DNA of 64,000 bases from an uncultured Chloroflexia bacterium (GCA_963736545.1 CAVTPA010000001.1:1467248-1531247), one strand, 5' to 3'. Shown: positions 1 through 9,795, numbered from the stretch's first letter. The notes: generated by a model not told the origin, from the letters alone. Numbers and translations are program-made.

Positions 1-599
1 GCGAACTCCCCAGGGAGGGCAACGTCGGCGACGTCGCCGGTCGACAGGATGCCGAAGCTGGATCCCGCCAGGGGGAAGCCGCCGAGGCCGGAGCTCCGCG
101 CCTGGGCGGTGGTCACGCCCACCGGGATCGCCACCCACGAGGCGCCCGTGACCGTCACCGTTCCGGCGGCCATCGCCTGGGCGATCGGCAGCGGGTCCGG
201 CGGCGGCGGAGAAACCGTGAGGGTTCCGCAGTCGAAGCCGTCGCTCGCGTTGGCGGCGGCGTCGGTGGCCCGAACGCAGACCTCGTACGAGCCGACGGCG
301 AGCGGCGCCGTCACCGCGGCCGTCGCCTCCTCGAACGTGCTGTCGAAGGCGCCGTCGACCGCCTGCATCGGGAGCCACGGTCCGCCGTCGACCTGCACGT
401 CGGCCGCGGCGAGGGCCGTCTCGTCATAGGCCGTGGCCGACACGGTGACGGATGCGCCCCCAAGCACCGCGGCCGGGCTCAGCTGGTCCAGGTAGATCAC
501 CGGGGGATCCACGTCGGCGGCGAGCGCCGGCGCCGCGTAGAGGGACGTGAGCAGCGATCCCGCCACCAACGCACGACCGAACCGACCCGTCCGACCCAT
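1..599 (-). CDS. Secreted protein with Ig-like domain; N-terminal ~200 aa only, because the ORF runs off the left edge and is therefore absent from the ORF track
   Basis: Manual reverse translation from ATG at 599, with SD GGTGGAGGGAG just upstream: MGRTGRFGRALVAGSLLTSLYAAPALAADVDPPVIYLDQLSPAAVLGGASVTVSATAYDE... It has a signal peptide with an A-x-A site, G/C-rich third codon positions, and stays open to position 1. Confidence 0.6.
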   Translation of the reverse strand, partial: MGRTGRFGRALVAGSLLTSLYAAPALAADVDPPVIYLDQLSPAAVLGGASVTVSATAYDETALAAADVQVDGGPWLPMQAVDGAFDSTFEEATAAVTAPLAVGSYEVCVRATDAAANASDGFDCGTLTVSPPPPDPLPIAQAMAAGTVTVTGASWVAIPVGVTTAQARSSGLGGFPLAGSSFGILSTGDVADVALPGEF

Positions 600-809
600 C
601 GGGAGCTCCCTCCACCCTGTTCCCCACGCCCGGGGCGCGCAGCGTAGTCCTGTCGTGGCTCCCCGAACAGCCCCCAGTTTCGCGGGGTGGACCCCGGATC
701 TCGCGCTCGACGGACGTCGCGCGGCGGCCACGGGTGGGGCCGCGCAGCGGGCCCCGGGTGGGGCCGCGCAGTGGGCCCCGGGTGGGGCCCGCGGACCGGC
801 GCCGAAGGC

Positions 810-1631
810 TCACCAGTCCTCGGTGATGTCGACCTCCTCGATCGCGTCGAAATTGATCGCGGCGTCGCACTCGAGGCAGATCGGCGGGTCCCAGCCGCCT
901 GCCTCGGGGAGATCCGTGCGGCCGCAGGTCGAGCAGGCGAATGCGTCGCCGTCGTCGAATGCGCCGTCGTCGTCCTGGGTGTCGGTGTCCCGCGCCTCGC
1001 CACCGGACCGGGCCGGCGGCGCAGCTCCCAGGCCGAGGAGGCGCCGCAGCCGGCTCACGGCACGCCCCACAGGCCGCGCTCGGCCTGCGCGCGCGACCTG
1101 CTGCGCCTTCAGCAGCGCGTCGACGTACCTCACGTCGGGCGGGTACGTCGTGACCCGGGCGTATCCCTCCGCCACGAGAGCGTGGTTGACGAGCGTCCAG
1201 TGCTCGCCGTCCTCGACCCAGACGTGGCGGAGCAGCCGCCCGAACCGGTCGACCTCGGAGACGTCCCGCTCCAGGAGGAGCCGCCCACCGCTCCCGAGGA
1301 GCCGGGCGTTGGCCGCCGTCGCCTCGTCCGCGAACGGCTCGGGGGTTGCCTCCGACGTCGGGTTCGGCTCGGGCGTGTCGATCCCGATGTAGCGGACGTT
1401 CCTCTCGGCCCCGTCGAGGAGGACCCGGATCGTGTCGCCGTCGACGACGTCGACGAGGACCGCCTCCTCGGCGGCCCCGGTCGGGCGCGCCGGCGTCCCG
1501 GGGATCGGCGACGGCGTCGCGGTGACGGGACCGGCCGACGGATCGGTGGACGGCAACGCACAGCCGGCCGCGAGGGCGAGAGCCAGCGCCAGCACGATGG
1601 CGGCGAGGGCGCGGCGGCGGTGATCGGGCAC
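810..1631 (-). CDS. Thermonuclease (staphylococcal nuclease/SNase-like) lipoprotein with a C-terminal Cys-rich tail
   Basis: 273 aa ORF. Lipobox LAAGC. SNase-like core: VVDGDTIRV...RYIGIDTPE...GRLLRHVWV...LVAEGYARV. Confidence 0.8.
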   Translation of the reverse strand: MPDHRRRALAAIVLALALALAAGCALPSTDPSAGPVTATPSPIPGTPARPTGAAEEAVLVDVVDGDTIRVLLDGAERNVRYIGIDTPEPNPTSEATPEPFADEATAANARLLGSGGRLLLERDVSEVDRFGRLLRHVWVEDGEHWTLVNHALVAEGYARVTTYPPDVRYVDALLKAQQVARAGRARPVGRAVSRLRRLLGLGAAPPARSGGEARDTDTQDDDGAFDDGDAFACSTCGRTDLPEAGGWDPPICLECDAAINFDAIEEVDITEDW

Positions 1632-1723
1632 GCGCCAAGTGTCGCCGCCGGGGCCGGCGCCCGCACGCGGTCAGCGCGTCGGTCGGACGGTCCTGGAGGC
1701 ACGCCCGGGCCGGGCAGCGACGG

Positions 1724-2164
1724 TCAGGGCACGGGCAGCGTCGGGTCGACGACGATGCTCCCCTTCATCGACGGGTGGATCCCGCAGCTGTACGCGAGCG
1801 TGCCCGCTGCCGCGCCGCTGAAGACGCGCTCCGTGGTGTCTCCCGTTGCGAGCGTCGCGCTCGTCGGCGTGCCGTCGGCCCAGGCGATCGAGTGGGCCGT
1901 GCCGTCCTCGTTGACGAACACGACGCGCGCCGAGGTCGGGATCGTGATCGTCGGCGGGTCGAACGCGAAGTCGCGGATCACCACCTCGAAGCAGAGCGTG
2001 CCGGTCGGCTCGGGGACCTCGGGGCAGCGGGCGGCCGGCAGGGGCGACTCGGGCCCGGGGGTCGTCGGCACGGCGGTTGGCGGGGGCGTCGGCGTGCCTC
2101 CTCCCGCGCACGCGGCGACGACGAACAGCAGCAGGAGCCCTGCCATGTACACCCGAGCACGCAT
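1724..2164 (-). CDS. Cupredoxin (plastocyanin/amicyanin-like type-1 copper) lipoprotein
   Basis: 146 aa. Lipobox VAACAG, PT-rich linker, His in NEDGTAHS, and the C-terminal ligand motif YSCGIHPSMKG (C-x2-H-x2-M). Confidence 0.8.
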   Translation of the reverse strand: MRARVYMAGLLLLFVVAACAGGGTPTPPPTAVPTTPGPESPLPAARCPEVPEPTGTLCFEVVIRDFAFDPPTITIPTSARVVFVNEDGTAHSIAWADGTPTSATLATGDTTERVFSGAAAGTLAYSCGIHPSMKGSIVVDPTLPVP

Positions 2165-2406
2165 GGATCGCCCCCTCGAGCCGGCGGAGCCGCGGGCGGA
2201 CAGCCGCGGTGCACCGGGTCAACGGAGGGTACCGACCACCGGTGCGGGGCGCAATGGACGCGTGGCGACCGTTCGCGATCGGTGCACCGGACGGCCGGGC
2301 GGGGCAGTCGCGCGCCCCGGGCGACGGCGAGCCGAGTGGTTCGGCTCACCACTCCCGGCTGGAAGCGCTACTGTCCTCCTGCCCGAGCATACGAGGAGGC
2401 GAAGCG

Positions 2407-3150
2407 ATGGACTGGCGCGTCGCCCTGGTCGTCGCGGCCGCCGGCTACCTGGTCGGCTCGATCTCGTTCGCCCGGCTCGTCGTCCGGCTCGCACGGCCCG
2501 GCTCGTCGGTCGCGCGCATCGAGGTTCCCCTTGCGAGCGGCGACGTCTTCGTCAGCGACATGGTCAGCGCGACCGCCGTCCGCGTCGCGCTCGGGCCGCG
2601 CTACGGCCTGCTGACGGCGGCCCTCGACATGGCCAAGGCAGCCGTCCCGACGCTGGCACTCCGCCTGTGGGCCCCCGACGAGCCGTACTTCCTCATCGTC
2701 GCCGCGGCGGTCGTCGCCGGCCACAACCTGCCCGTCTTCCATGGCTTCCGGGGCGGCCGCGGGGAGTCTCCGATGTACGGCGGGCTCCTCGTGATCGACC
2801 CGCTGGCCGCCGTCGGGACCACCCTGATCGGCGCGCTCGTCGGGTTCCTCGTCGGGAACATCCTCGTCCTGCGCTGGGCCGGCATGGTCCTCCTCGTCCC
2901 GTGGCTCTGGGTCGCGACCGGGAGCCCGTGGTATCTCGCGTACGCCGTCTTCGTGGTCGGCGCCTACTTCGTCGCGCTGCGCCCCGAGCTCGCCCAGTAC
3001 GCCCGATTGCTGCGCGAGGGACGCGACCCGACGAACGAGGAGATCGCGGGGGTCTTCGCGATGGGCCGCCGGCTGGGTCGGGCCATCGACCGCCACGCGC
3101 CGCTGCCGGCCCTCGCGCGCCGGATCCGCGGTCCCGCGGGAGCCGAGTGA
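2407..3150 (+). CDS. PlsY-family (glycerol-3-phosphate acyltransferase-like) membrane protein, divergent
   Basis: Internal ATG of ORF 2077..3150. N-terminus GYLVGSISFARL and GHNLPVFHGFRGGRG match PlsY hallmarks. The canonical GSGNxGATN block is not recognisable (SDMVSATAV occupies that position). Confidence 0.6.
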   Translation: MDWRVALVVAAAGYLVGSISFARLVVRLARPGSSVARIEVPLASGDVFVSDMVSATAVRVALGPRYGLLTAALDMAKAAVPTLALRLWAPDEPYFLIVAAAVVAGHNLPVFHGFRGGRGESPMYGGLLVIDPLAAVGTTLIGALVGFLVGNILVLRWAGMVLLVPWLWVATGSPWYLAYAVFVVGAYFVALRPELAQYARLLREGRDPTNEEIAGVFAMGRRLGRAIDRHAPLPALARRIRGPAGAE

Positions 3151-5612
3151 TGGCGAGCGTCCGCTGGCGCAAGGTCGGCCGCGACCTCACCGCGTACCCG
3201 GCGCGCTCGGCATCGGTGATCGCCTCGATCGCCGTCGGCGTCTTCGCGATCGGGACGATCGCCGGGGCGAATGCGCTGCTCGACGCGAGCCTGACCGAGG
3301 CCTACGCGCTCGGACGGCCGGCTGCGGCCACGTTCTACGCCGCCACCGGGTTCGACCGCAGCCTCGTCGACGCGGTGGAGCGCGTGCCGGGCGTGGAGGA
3401 GGCGGAGGGCCGCCGTGGCGTCGTCGCCTGGCTCGAGCCGCCGGCGGGCGAGACCGCGGGCGACGGCGAGGCGGCAGAGGTCGGCGCGTCCCGCCCGGGC
3501 GCCGGAGCGGATGCCGGCCCGTCGAGCGGCGCCCGGGAGATCCAGCTCCTCGCCCTGCCCGACTTCGACGACCAGCGGATGGACCGGGTCCTGCCCCGCG
3601 AGGGCCGCTTCCCGCCGCGGCGGGGCGAGATCGTCTTCGAGCGCTCCGCCCTCCGGCTCGTCGACCTGGAGGTTGGCGACGAGGTCGTCGTCCGCACGGC
3701 GAGCGGCCGCGAGCGGGCGCTGCGCGTCGCCGGCCTGGCCTACGAGCCGGGCGCGTCGCCCGCCTACTACTTCGGCCGCCTGAATGCCTACGTCACGTTC
3801 GAGACGCTCGCCGACCTGGGCTGGCCCAATTCGTTCAACGAGCTGCGGATCCGGGCCGACAGCTCGGTCACCGGCCGTGCGGCGATGCAGCAGCTCGCCG
3901 ACAGCGTCCGCCAGCGGATCGAACGGGCCGGCGCGGCCGTCACGTTCGCCCTCGTGCCCGAGCCCGGCCGCCATCCCGCCCAGGAGCTCGTGGCCGCGGT
4001 CTTCATCGTCCTCGGCGCGATCGGCTTCCTCTCGCTCTTCGTGGCCGGCTTCCTCATCGTCAACACGGTCAACGTCCTCATGGCCCAGCAGGTCCGCCAG
4101 ATCGGGATCCTCAAGGTCGTCGGCGCCCGCGAGCGTCAGATCGCCGGCCTGTACCTGGGCCTCGTGGCCCTCTACGCGGGGGTCGGGCTGGCGATCGCGA
4201 TCCCCCTGGCTGCCGTTGCCTCGGTCGGGCTCACGGCCGTGGCCACGGGGCTGCTCAACGTCGACCTCGCGACGGTCGTCGTGCCGGCGCAGGTCGTCGC
4301 ACTCGAGGTCGCCGCCGGCCTCGCGATCCCGCTCCTCGCCGCGCTCGTCCCCGTCCACCGGGGCAGCCGGACCACGGTCCACGAGGCGCTGACGTCGACG
4401 GGGATGGACGAGCACTTCGGGCGCGGCGCGTTCGACCGCCTCCTCGTCGGGGTGCGCGGCCTGTCGCGGCCGTTCCTGCTCGCCCTCCGGAGCACGTTCC
4501 GCCGCAAGGGGCGGCTCGCGCTCACGCTCGCTGCGCTGACGCTGGGCGGCGCGGTGTTCATGACGATCTTCACGGTCCGCGGGTCGCTCTTCGCGACGCT
4601 GGCCGACACGGTCCGCTACTTCGACTACGACGTGCAGGTCCAGCTGGCCGAGCCGGCCCGGGCGGAGACGGTCGCGGCGGAGGTGCTCAGCGTGCCGGGG
4701 ACGACCGCGGCGGAGACGTGGCGCTTCGCCAGCGCCCAGCGGATCCGGCCGGACGGCACGGAGAGCGGGGCGCTCGTGACGTTCGGCCTCCCGGCCGAGA
4801 CCGACACGGTCCAGCCCATCGTCATGGAGGGCCGCTGGCTGCTGCCCGGGGAGGGCAACGCCCTCGTGGTCACGGCGAACCTCCGGCGGGACGAACCGGA
4901 CCTGCAGGTCGGCGACCGGCTGACGATGCGGATCGCCGGCCGGGACTCGGAGTGGACGCTCGTCGGGATCGTCCAGTCGCCCACGTTCGCCCCGTTCCTC
5001 TACGTCGACGCCGACACGCTCGGGCGGCACCTCGGCGACGCCGAGCGCGCCGGGATGGTCATGGTCAAGACGGCCGCCCACGATGCGCCGGCCCAGGCCG
5101 CGGCGGCCAGGGCGCTCCGCGATCACCTCGAGCGGTCGGGGATCGGCGTCGCCTCGACGACGACGACGCAGGACGTCATGGGCACGCTGTACACGGTCTT
5201 CGACACGCTGGTCGTCGTCGTCTCGGTGATGGCGGTCCTGCTCGGCGTCGTCGGCGGGCTCGGCCTGGCCGGGACGATGACGATGAACGTCGTCGAGCGC
5301 TCCCGGGAGATCGGCGTCATGCGGGCGATCGGGGCCACCGACGGCACCGTCCGCGGGATCTTCGTCGGGGAGGGCGCCCTCATCGGGCTCCTCGCCTGGC
5401 TTTCCGGAGCGCTCCTCTCCCTCCCGCTCAGCAAGGTCCTGTCCGACCTCCTCGGCGACGCGTTCGTCCAGCGCCCGCTCGCCTTCGAGCCGTCGCTCGC
5501 GGGTCTCCTCCTGTGGCTCGCGGTGGTGCTCTCGCTGTCCGTCGCGGGGAGCTTCGTGCCCGCCTGGCGGGCCTCGCGGATCGCCGTGCGCGAGGTGCTG
5601 GCGTATGAGTGA
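3150..5612 (+). CDS. ABC transporter permease, FtsX/MacB-like with two FtsX domains (820 aa)
   Basis: Real start is the ATG at 3150 inside artefactual ORF 687..5612; it overlaps the upstream TGA. Sequence MASVRWRKVGRDLTAYPARS..., a large periplasmic loop, and two copies of the 4-TM FtsX module (GILKVVGARERQI..., GVMRAIGATDGTV...). Confidence 0.8.
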   Translation: MASVRWRKVGRDLTAYPARSASVIASIAVGVFAIGTIAGANALLDASLTEAYALGRPAAATFYAATGFDRSLVDAVERVPGVEEAEGRRGVVAWLEPPAGETAGDGEAAEVGASRPGAGADAGPSSGAREIQLLALPDFDDQRMDRVLPREGRFPPRRGEIVFERSALRLVDLEVGDEVVVRTASGRERALRVAGLAYEPGASPAYYFGRLNAYVTFETLADLGWPNSFNELRIRADSSVTGRAAMQQLADSVRQRIERAGAAVTFALVPEPGRHPAQELVAAVFIVLGAIGFLSLFVAGFLIVNTVNVLMAQQVRQIGILKVVGARERQIAGLYLGLVALYAGVGLAIAIPLAAVASVGLTAVATGLLNVDLATVVVPAQVVALEVAAGLAIPLLAALVPVHRGSRTTVHEALTSTGMDEHFGRGAFDRLLVGVRGLSRPFLLALRSTFRRKGRLALTLAALTLGGAVFMTIFTVRGSLFATLADTVRYFDYDVQVQLAEPARAETVAAEVLSVPGTTAAETWRFASAQRIRPDGTESGALVTFGLPAETDTVQPIVMEGRWLLPGEGNALVVTANLRRDEPDLQVGDRLTMRIAGRDSEWTLVGIVQSPTFAPFLYVDADTLGRHLGDAERAGMVMVKTAAHDAPAQAAAARALRDHLERSGIGVASTTTTQDVMGTLYTVFDTLVVVVSVMAVLLGVVGGLGLAGTMTMNVVERSREIGVMRAIGATDGTVRGIFVGEGALIGLLAWLSGALLSLPLSKVLSDLLGDAFVQRPLAFEPSLAGLLLWLAVVLSLSVAGSFVPAWRASRIAVREVLAYE

Positions 5613-6366
5613 GCGGCGGGTGCGCGAGGCGGCCCGGGTCGACGCGGCCTGGCGCCACGCGGCCCGGGCGGGCATCGGCCTGCTCGCGATCGCGCTCGCC
5701 GCGACCGGGTGCGCCTCCACCCCCCAGACGGCGACCCCCGGGCCGACCCCGACGCCGACCCCGACGGCCGCGCCCACCGCGGCGGCGACGCTCGCGACAG
5801 CTCCGCCCGGGACGTCGATGGTCGACGTCCCCGAGGCCGGCATCGCCCTCCCGGTCCCATCGGCCTGGGAGACCATTGGTGCGGCCCCACTGTCCGATCC
5901 GGCGGTGCGAGCCGAGCTCGCCGCGACGTACCCGGGGGCGGCCGAGCTGCTGGCCGCGGTCGACGAGCTGAATGGGCGGGCCGAGCCGGCGTTCATCGCC
6001 GTCGACCCCGCCGCGGCCGGCTCCGACGGCCCGCTGGCGGCGAACCTCAGCGTCCTGGTCGCCCAGCCGTCGGTCGGCGGTCCGCTGCTCGACCTCGTCG
6101 CCGGGTTCATCTGCGACTCGCTCACGGACGCCCTGGGCGCTCCTGGAAGCCCGGAGCGGGAGCGCGAGCGGCTGCCGATCGGCGACGCCGTCCGCTGCAC
6201 GTACGACCTGCCGACGGACGGCGGCGAGCCGCTCGTCGCCGAGGCATGGGTCATCGGGGCGCCGTCCGCGACGGTCCTCGTCACGCTCCTCGGGCCGGCC
6301 GCGGCCACCCACGGGGTGACCGCCCGCGCGATCGTGGAGGCGATCACGCCGCTGTCGCAACCCTGA
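5605..6366 (+). CDS. Lipoprotein of unknown function
   Basis: 253 aa. Lipobox LAATGC followed by a PT-rich linker. The start overlaps the FtsX stop (ATGAGTGA). I recognise no family. Confidence 0.6.
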   Translation: MSERRVREAARVDAAWRHAARAGIGLLAIALAATGCASTPQTATPGPTPTPTPTAAPTAAATLATAPPGTSMVDVPEAGIALPVPSAWETIGAAPLSDPAVRAELAATYPGAAELLAAVDELNGRAEPAFIAVDPAAAGSDGPLAANLSVLVAQPSVGGPLLDLVAGFICDSLTDALGAPGSPERERERLPIGDAVRCTYDLPTDGGEPLVAEAWVIGAPSATVLVTLLGPAAATHGVTARAIVEAITPLSQP

Positions 6367-6569
6367 CGCGCGTGGCCACCCGGTGCGTCGGCACACCGCC
6401 AGAAGGTACGGGACCCCCGTAGCGGTGCGGGGTGTGGCAGGATCACCCGGATCGGTCTGCCGACCTCGAGCCGCCGGCGCTCCCCAGGGCGCGGGTGTGG
6501 CGCCGGTCCGATCGTCGCTCGCCGTGCGCGGATGCCGTGCCGGTGGAGCCGACGCGAACCGGAGGGATC

Positions 6570-7634
6570 ATGAGCAAGACCGGGTCGGGAGCGACCCACT
6601 CCCACGACGGCGACGACGCAGCCCACCAGCACGAGGCCGAGCACGGAGAGCGCGTCGCCGTCCTCCTGTGCGGGTACGGCGAGGTGGAGACGAACGACGA
6701 TCTCGCCGAGTACAACGCGTCCTCGCTCCGCCTCCTCGTGCGCAAATCGGTGCCGATCCCGGAGGTCGCGGTCCCCTTCCTCGCCCGCCGCCTGGCGAAG
6801 AAGGCGCGCGCGGAGTACGAGCGGGCAAACCGCTTCGTCTCCCCGCACAACGCGATCTTCGAGCGGCAGCGGGCGGGCATCGCCGCCGCCCTCCACGAGC
6901 GATACGGCGACCGTGTCGACGTCTTCACCGCGCTCAACTTCTGCGAGGGCTCCATGCCGGCGGACGTGCTCCCGCGGATCCGCGCGGCCGGCTACGAGCG
7001 GCTCGTCGTCTACCCATTCCTCGTCGTCGATTCCGTCTACACGGGAGGGCTCTCCCTCGAGCAGGTGAACCGGGCGCTCGGCGACGACGGCGGCTGGCTC
7101 CGGGCGATCCGCTACCTCCCGGCGTTCCACGAGCGACCGGCCTATCACGAGCGCCTCGCCCGGCACATCCGCGATGGCGTGGCCCCCCTCCGCGCCCGCC
7201 ACGCGTCCTCGCAGATCGGCGTCGTCCTCCTCAACCACGGCTGCCCCTACAAGGCGAAGGGGTTCGAGACCGGGATCCGGGACAGCCGGGCGCTCTACCA
7301 CGCGGTGAAGGAGCGGCTCTGGCACGAGTTCCCGAACATCAGCGTGGGCTGGATGAACCACCCGACCCCCGGGCGCTGGACCCAGCCGGACATGCTCCAG
7401 GCGGCGAAGAACCTCGTGACCACCGGGGCCCGCGCGATCGCCTTCGCGCCGATCGGCTTCGTCACCGACAACCACGAGACGATCCTCGACGTCGGCTACA
7501 CGATGGAGCGCCTCGGGAAGGTGCACCCGGAGGTCGAGGTGATCCGGCTCCCGAGCCTCAACGACGATCCGGACCTCCTCCACCTCGCGGCGGAGTGGAT
7601 CGCGCCCCTGGTCGACGATGCTGCGTCCGCGTAG
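6570..7634 (+). CDS. hemH: Ferrochelatase (possibly the coproporphyrin ferrochelatase type)
   Basis: ATG at 6570 preceded by GGAGGG. Motifs VAVLLCGYGE, VVLLNHGCPY and FAPIGFVTDNHETILDVGY are typical of ferrochelatase. Confidence 0.8.
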   Translation: MSKTGSGATHSHDGDDAAHQHEAEHGERVAVLLCGYGEVETNDDLAEYNASSLRLLVRKSVPIPEVAVPFLARRLAKKARAEYERANRFVSPHNAIFERQRAGIAAALHERYGDRVDVFTALNFCEGSMPADVLPRIRAAGYERLVVYPFLVVDSVYTGGLSLEQVNRALGDDGGWLRAIRYLPAFHERPAYHERLARHIRDGVAPLRARHASSQIGVVLLNHGCPYKAKGFETGIRDSRALYHAVKERLWHEFPNISVGWMNHPTPGRWTQPDMLQAAKNLVTTGARAIAFAPIGFVTDNHETILDVGYTMERLGKVHPEVEVIRLPSLNDDPDLLHLAAEWIAPLVDDAASA

Positions 7635-9759
7635 GCGACCGGTCCTCCCCGGCCTCCCGGGGCTCCGGCCACGGATCGTCGTCCTCGCCCACGGCGGCGG
7701 CCACGGGTCGCACGGCTCACGAGTACCGGCAGGACACGGCCCGACCAGGGTCGGAGCCGGGGCCGGCCCGACGGCGCCCACTCCGGTCCGTCCCACCGCC
7801 GACGGCCAGGCGGCATCCGGGGTTGCCTTCAGCCGCAACCCGCTGACCGGCCTCCACGAGGTGGTCGTCGAGGCTGTGGCGCTGCGCGAGGCCCTGCCCA
7901 CCGGAGGTGACGGCAGCGCAGCGGCCGGTCCGACCGCCGGCGCGACACCGGAGCGGTGGGTCCACCGCTGGGGCGCCTTCACCCAGGTGCCGGAGCACCC
8001 CCGCGTCTCGCAGGCGGCGATCGAGGAGGTCGTCCGCGAGACGGCCCGCCAGGCGCGCGCTCGAGGCCGACCCGTCGAGATCGACTGGTCCCACGAAGAG
8101 GGAACGACGACGTGGTCCGGGGTCCGGGCGATGACCGGGCTCGACGGCCTGCGGGTCTACTCCAACCGCATCGCCCGTGACGTGCTGCCGGGCGTGATCG
8201 TCCCGCTCGTCTGGTCCGTGAACGTGCCGCTCGTCAACGCGGCCTGGATCGACCTCCTGGAGGAGCTCGTCGGTCCGCTCGACATCCGCCCCGAGGACCT
8301 CGCCCGTCCGTTCGGCCACCGGGCGTACTTCGACATGACGACGCTCGGCACCGTCTTCGAGGCGCTCGGGATGCCGCGCGACAGCCTCGAGCTGCTCCTC
8401 GGGCTGCCGAAGGGCCCGGAGGCGCCCCGCTTCCGACCCGGGGTGGCGACCTTCCGCCACCTCCCGCGCGTCGTGGGGTACATGCGGCGGACGCTCCGGC
8501 GCGGGCGCTGGGCGCGGGCCGAGACCCGCGAGCTCGAGGCGCGCCACGCCGTTCTTGCCTCGATCGATCCCGCGACCCTCGACGAGGCCGCGCTCCTCGC
8601 CCGGGTCGACGAGCTCCTCGTCCTCGGCCGGCGCGCGGCCTACGCCAACATCGTGGTGCCGCTGGTCATGCACGGCTACGACCGGGCCCTCGGGCTCCAG
8701 CTGGGCGCCGCCGGGATCGACCCGGTCGCCGCCGACCCGACGGTCGGACGGGGAGACCGGGCGGGCTTCAACCCGTTTGGCGTCCTCGACGACCTCCGGT
8801 CGCACGTGGAGGCGCTCGCCCCGGACGCTCGCGAGGCGCTCGCGGCCGGTCGCTGGGCCGCGCTCGAGGCCCGGCCCGGTCTCCTCGGCCTGCGCCGGGA
8901 GATCGACGACGCGCTCGCCCGGTTCGGCCACATCTCGGAGAGCGCCAACGACTTCTCGCGCCCGACCTGGCGCGAGGACCGGGACGCGGTCGTGGACCTC
9001 GTCCTCGCCCACCCCGAGCGCGGCGCACCGGTCGAACGTCTCGACCTCGCGGCCGTCGAGGCCCGCATGCCGCGCGCCCGCCGGCCGCTCGTCCGCCTGC
9101 TGTGGCGGCGGAGCGGCGCGTTCCACGTCTACCGCGATGCGATCGGGGGCGCATGGACGCGCTGCTACGGGCTGTTCCGGGGGACGTTCCTCGCCCTCGG
9201 GACCCGGCTCGTCGAGCGTGGAGTCGTCGACCTGCCCGATGACGTCTTCTACCTTGCCCTCGACGAGCTCCGGGCGATCGTGGCCGGCGTTCCCCTCGCG
9301 GCGGGAGCGCCGCGGTCACTCGTGGCCCGCCGTCGGGCGGAGATCGCCGAGGCAGCCGACCTCGTCGTGCCGGAGGTCGTCTACGGCGACGCGTTCGTGC
9401 CGATCCGCCGGGATGAGATCGTCCGAGCGACGCTTGTGGGGATCCCGACGTCCCGCGGCAGCGCTCGCGGGCCGGCCCGCGTCGTGCGGGGCACGGCCGA
9501 CTTCGGGCGGGTCGGGGCCGGCGACGTGATCGTCATCCCCTACTCCGACGTGGCCTGGACGCCGCTCTTCGCCCGTGCCGCGGGGGTGGTCGCCGAGTCG
9601 GGCGGGGTTCTCTCGCACTCGTCGATCGTCGCCCGCGAGTACGGCATCCCGTGCGTCGCCTCGGTGGCTGACGCGTGCAGCCGCATCCCGGACGGTGCGG
9701 AGGTGGTCGTCGACGGAGTCGCGGGGACGGTCCTCGTCGAGGACGAGCCCGCGGCCTGA
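7618..9759 (+). CDS. PEP-utilising enzyme family protein (PpsA/rifampicin-phosphotransferase-like) lacking most of the N-terminal ATP-grasp domain; start uncertain
   Basis: C-terminal swivel His domain (VIVIPYSDVAWTPLFARAAGVVAESGGVLSHSSIVAREYGIPCV) and a central domain are present. Only the tail of the PPDK_N domain (GVAFSRNPLTG) is present, about 190 nt after the hemH stop. Confidence 0.6.
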   Translation: MLRPRRRPVLPGLPGLRPRIVVLAHGGGHGSHGSRVPAGHGPTRVGAGAGPTAPTPVRPTADGQAASGVAFSRNPLTGLHEVVVEAVALREALPTGGDGSAAAGPTAGATPERWVHRWGAFTQVPEHPRVSQAAIEEVVRETARQARARGRPVEIDWSHEEGTTTWSGVRAMTGLDGLRVYSNRIARDVLPGVIVPLVWSVNVPLVNAAWIDLLEELVGPLDIRPEDLARPFGHRAYFDMTTLGTVFEALGMPRDSLELLLGLPKGPEAPRFRPGVATFRHLPRVVGYMRRTLRRGRWARAETRELEARHAVLASIDPATLDEAALLARVDELLVLGRRAAYANIVVPLVMHGYDRALGLQLGAAGIDPVAADPTVGRGDRAGFNPFGVLDDLRSHVEALAPDAREALAAGRWAALEARPGLLGLRREIDDALARFGHISESANDFSRPTWREDRDAVVDLVLAHPERGAPVERLDLAAVEARMPRARRPLVRLLWRRSGAFHVYRDAIGGAWTRCYGLFRGTFLALGTRLVERGVVDLPDDVFYLALDELRAIVAGVPLAAGAPRSLVARRRAEIAEAADLVVPEVVYGDAFVPIRRDEIVRATLVGIPTSRGSARGPARVVRGTADFGRVGAGDVIVIPYSDVAWTPLFARAAGVVAESGGVLSHSSIVAREYGIPCVASVADACSRIPDGAEVVVDGVAGTVLVEDEPAA

Positions 9760-9795
9760 AGGGGACGAGCGCCCCGCGGCGCGGCCCGACGGCTC

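Noticed and set aside
49-429. A 126-aa plus-strand ORF at the left edge.
   Set aside because: It is antisense to a much more convincing minus-strand gene that has a signal peptide, an SD site and GC3 bias, and that runs off the window edge.
6367-6569. A possible riboswitch or leader in the 200-nt region upstream of ferrochelatase.
   Set aside because: I see GC-rich self-complementary stretches, but nothing I can match to a known riboswitch class. Structure in GC-rich DNA is expected by chance, and a covariance-model scan (Rfam/Infernal) would be needed.
2964-7982. A 1672-aa minus-strand ORF, together with similar giants: 687..5612 upstream part, 18552..21953, 19280..22477 upstream part, 36407..38848, 49390..55125, 32736..36611, 50846..53239.
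   Set aside because: Their translations are Arg/Pro/Gly/Asp-rich low-complexity strings with no recognisable domains. They run antisense or out of frame to genes with clear homology. Long stop-free frames are expected at this GC content, so only the homologous sub-segments were kept.
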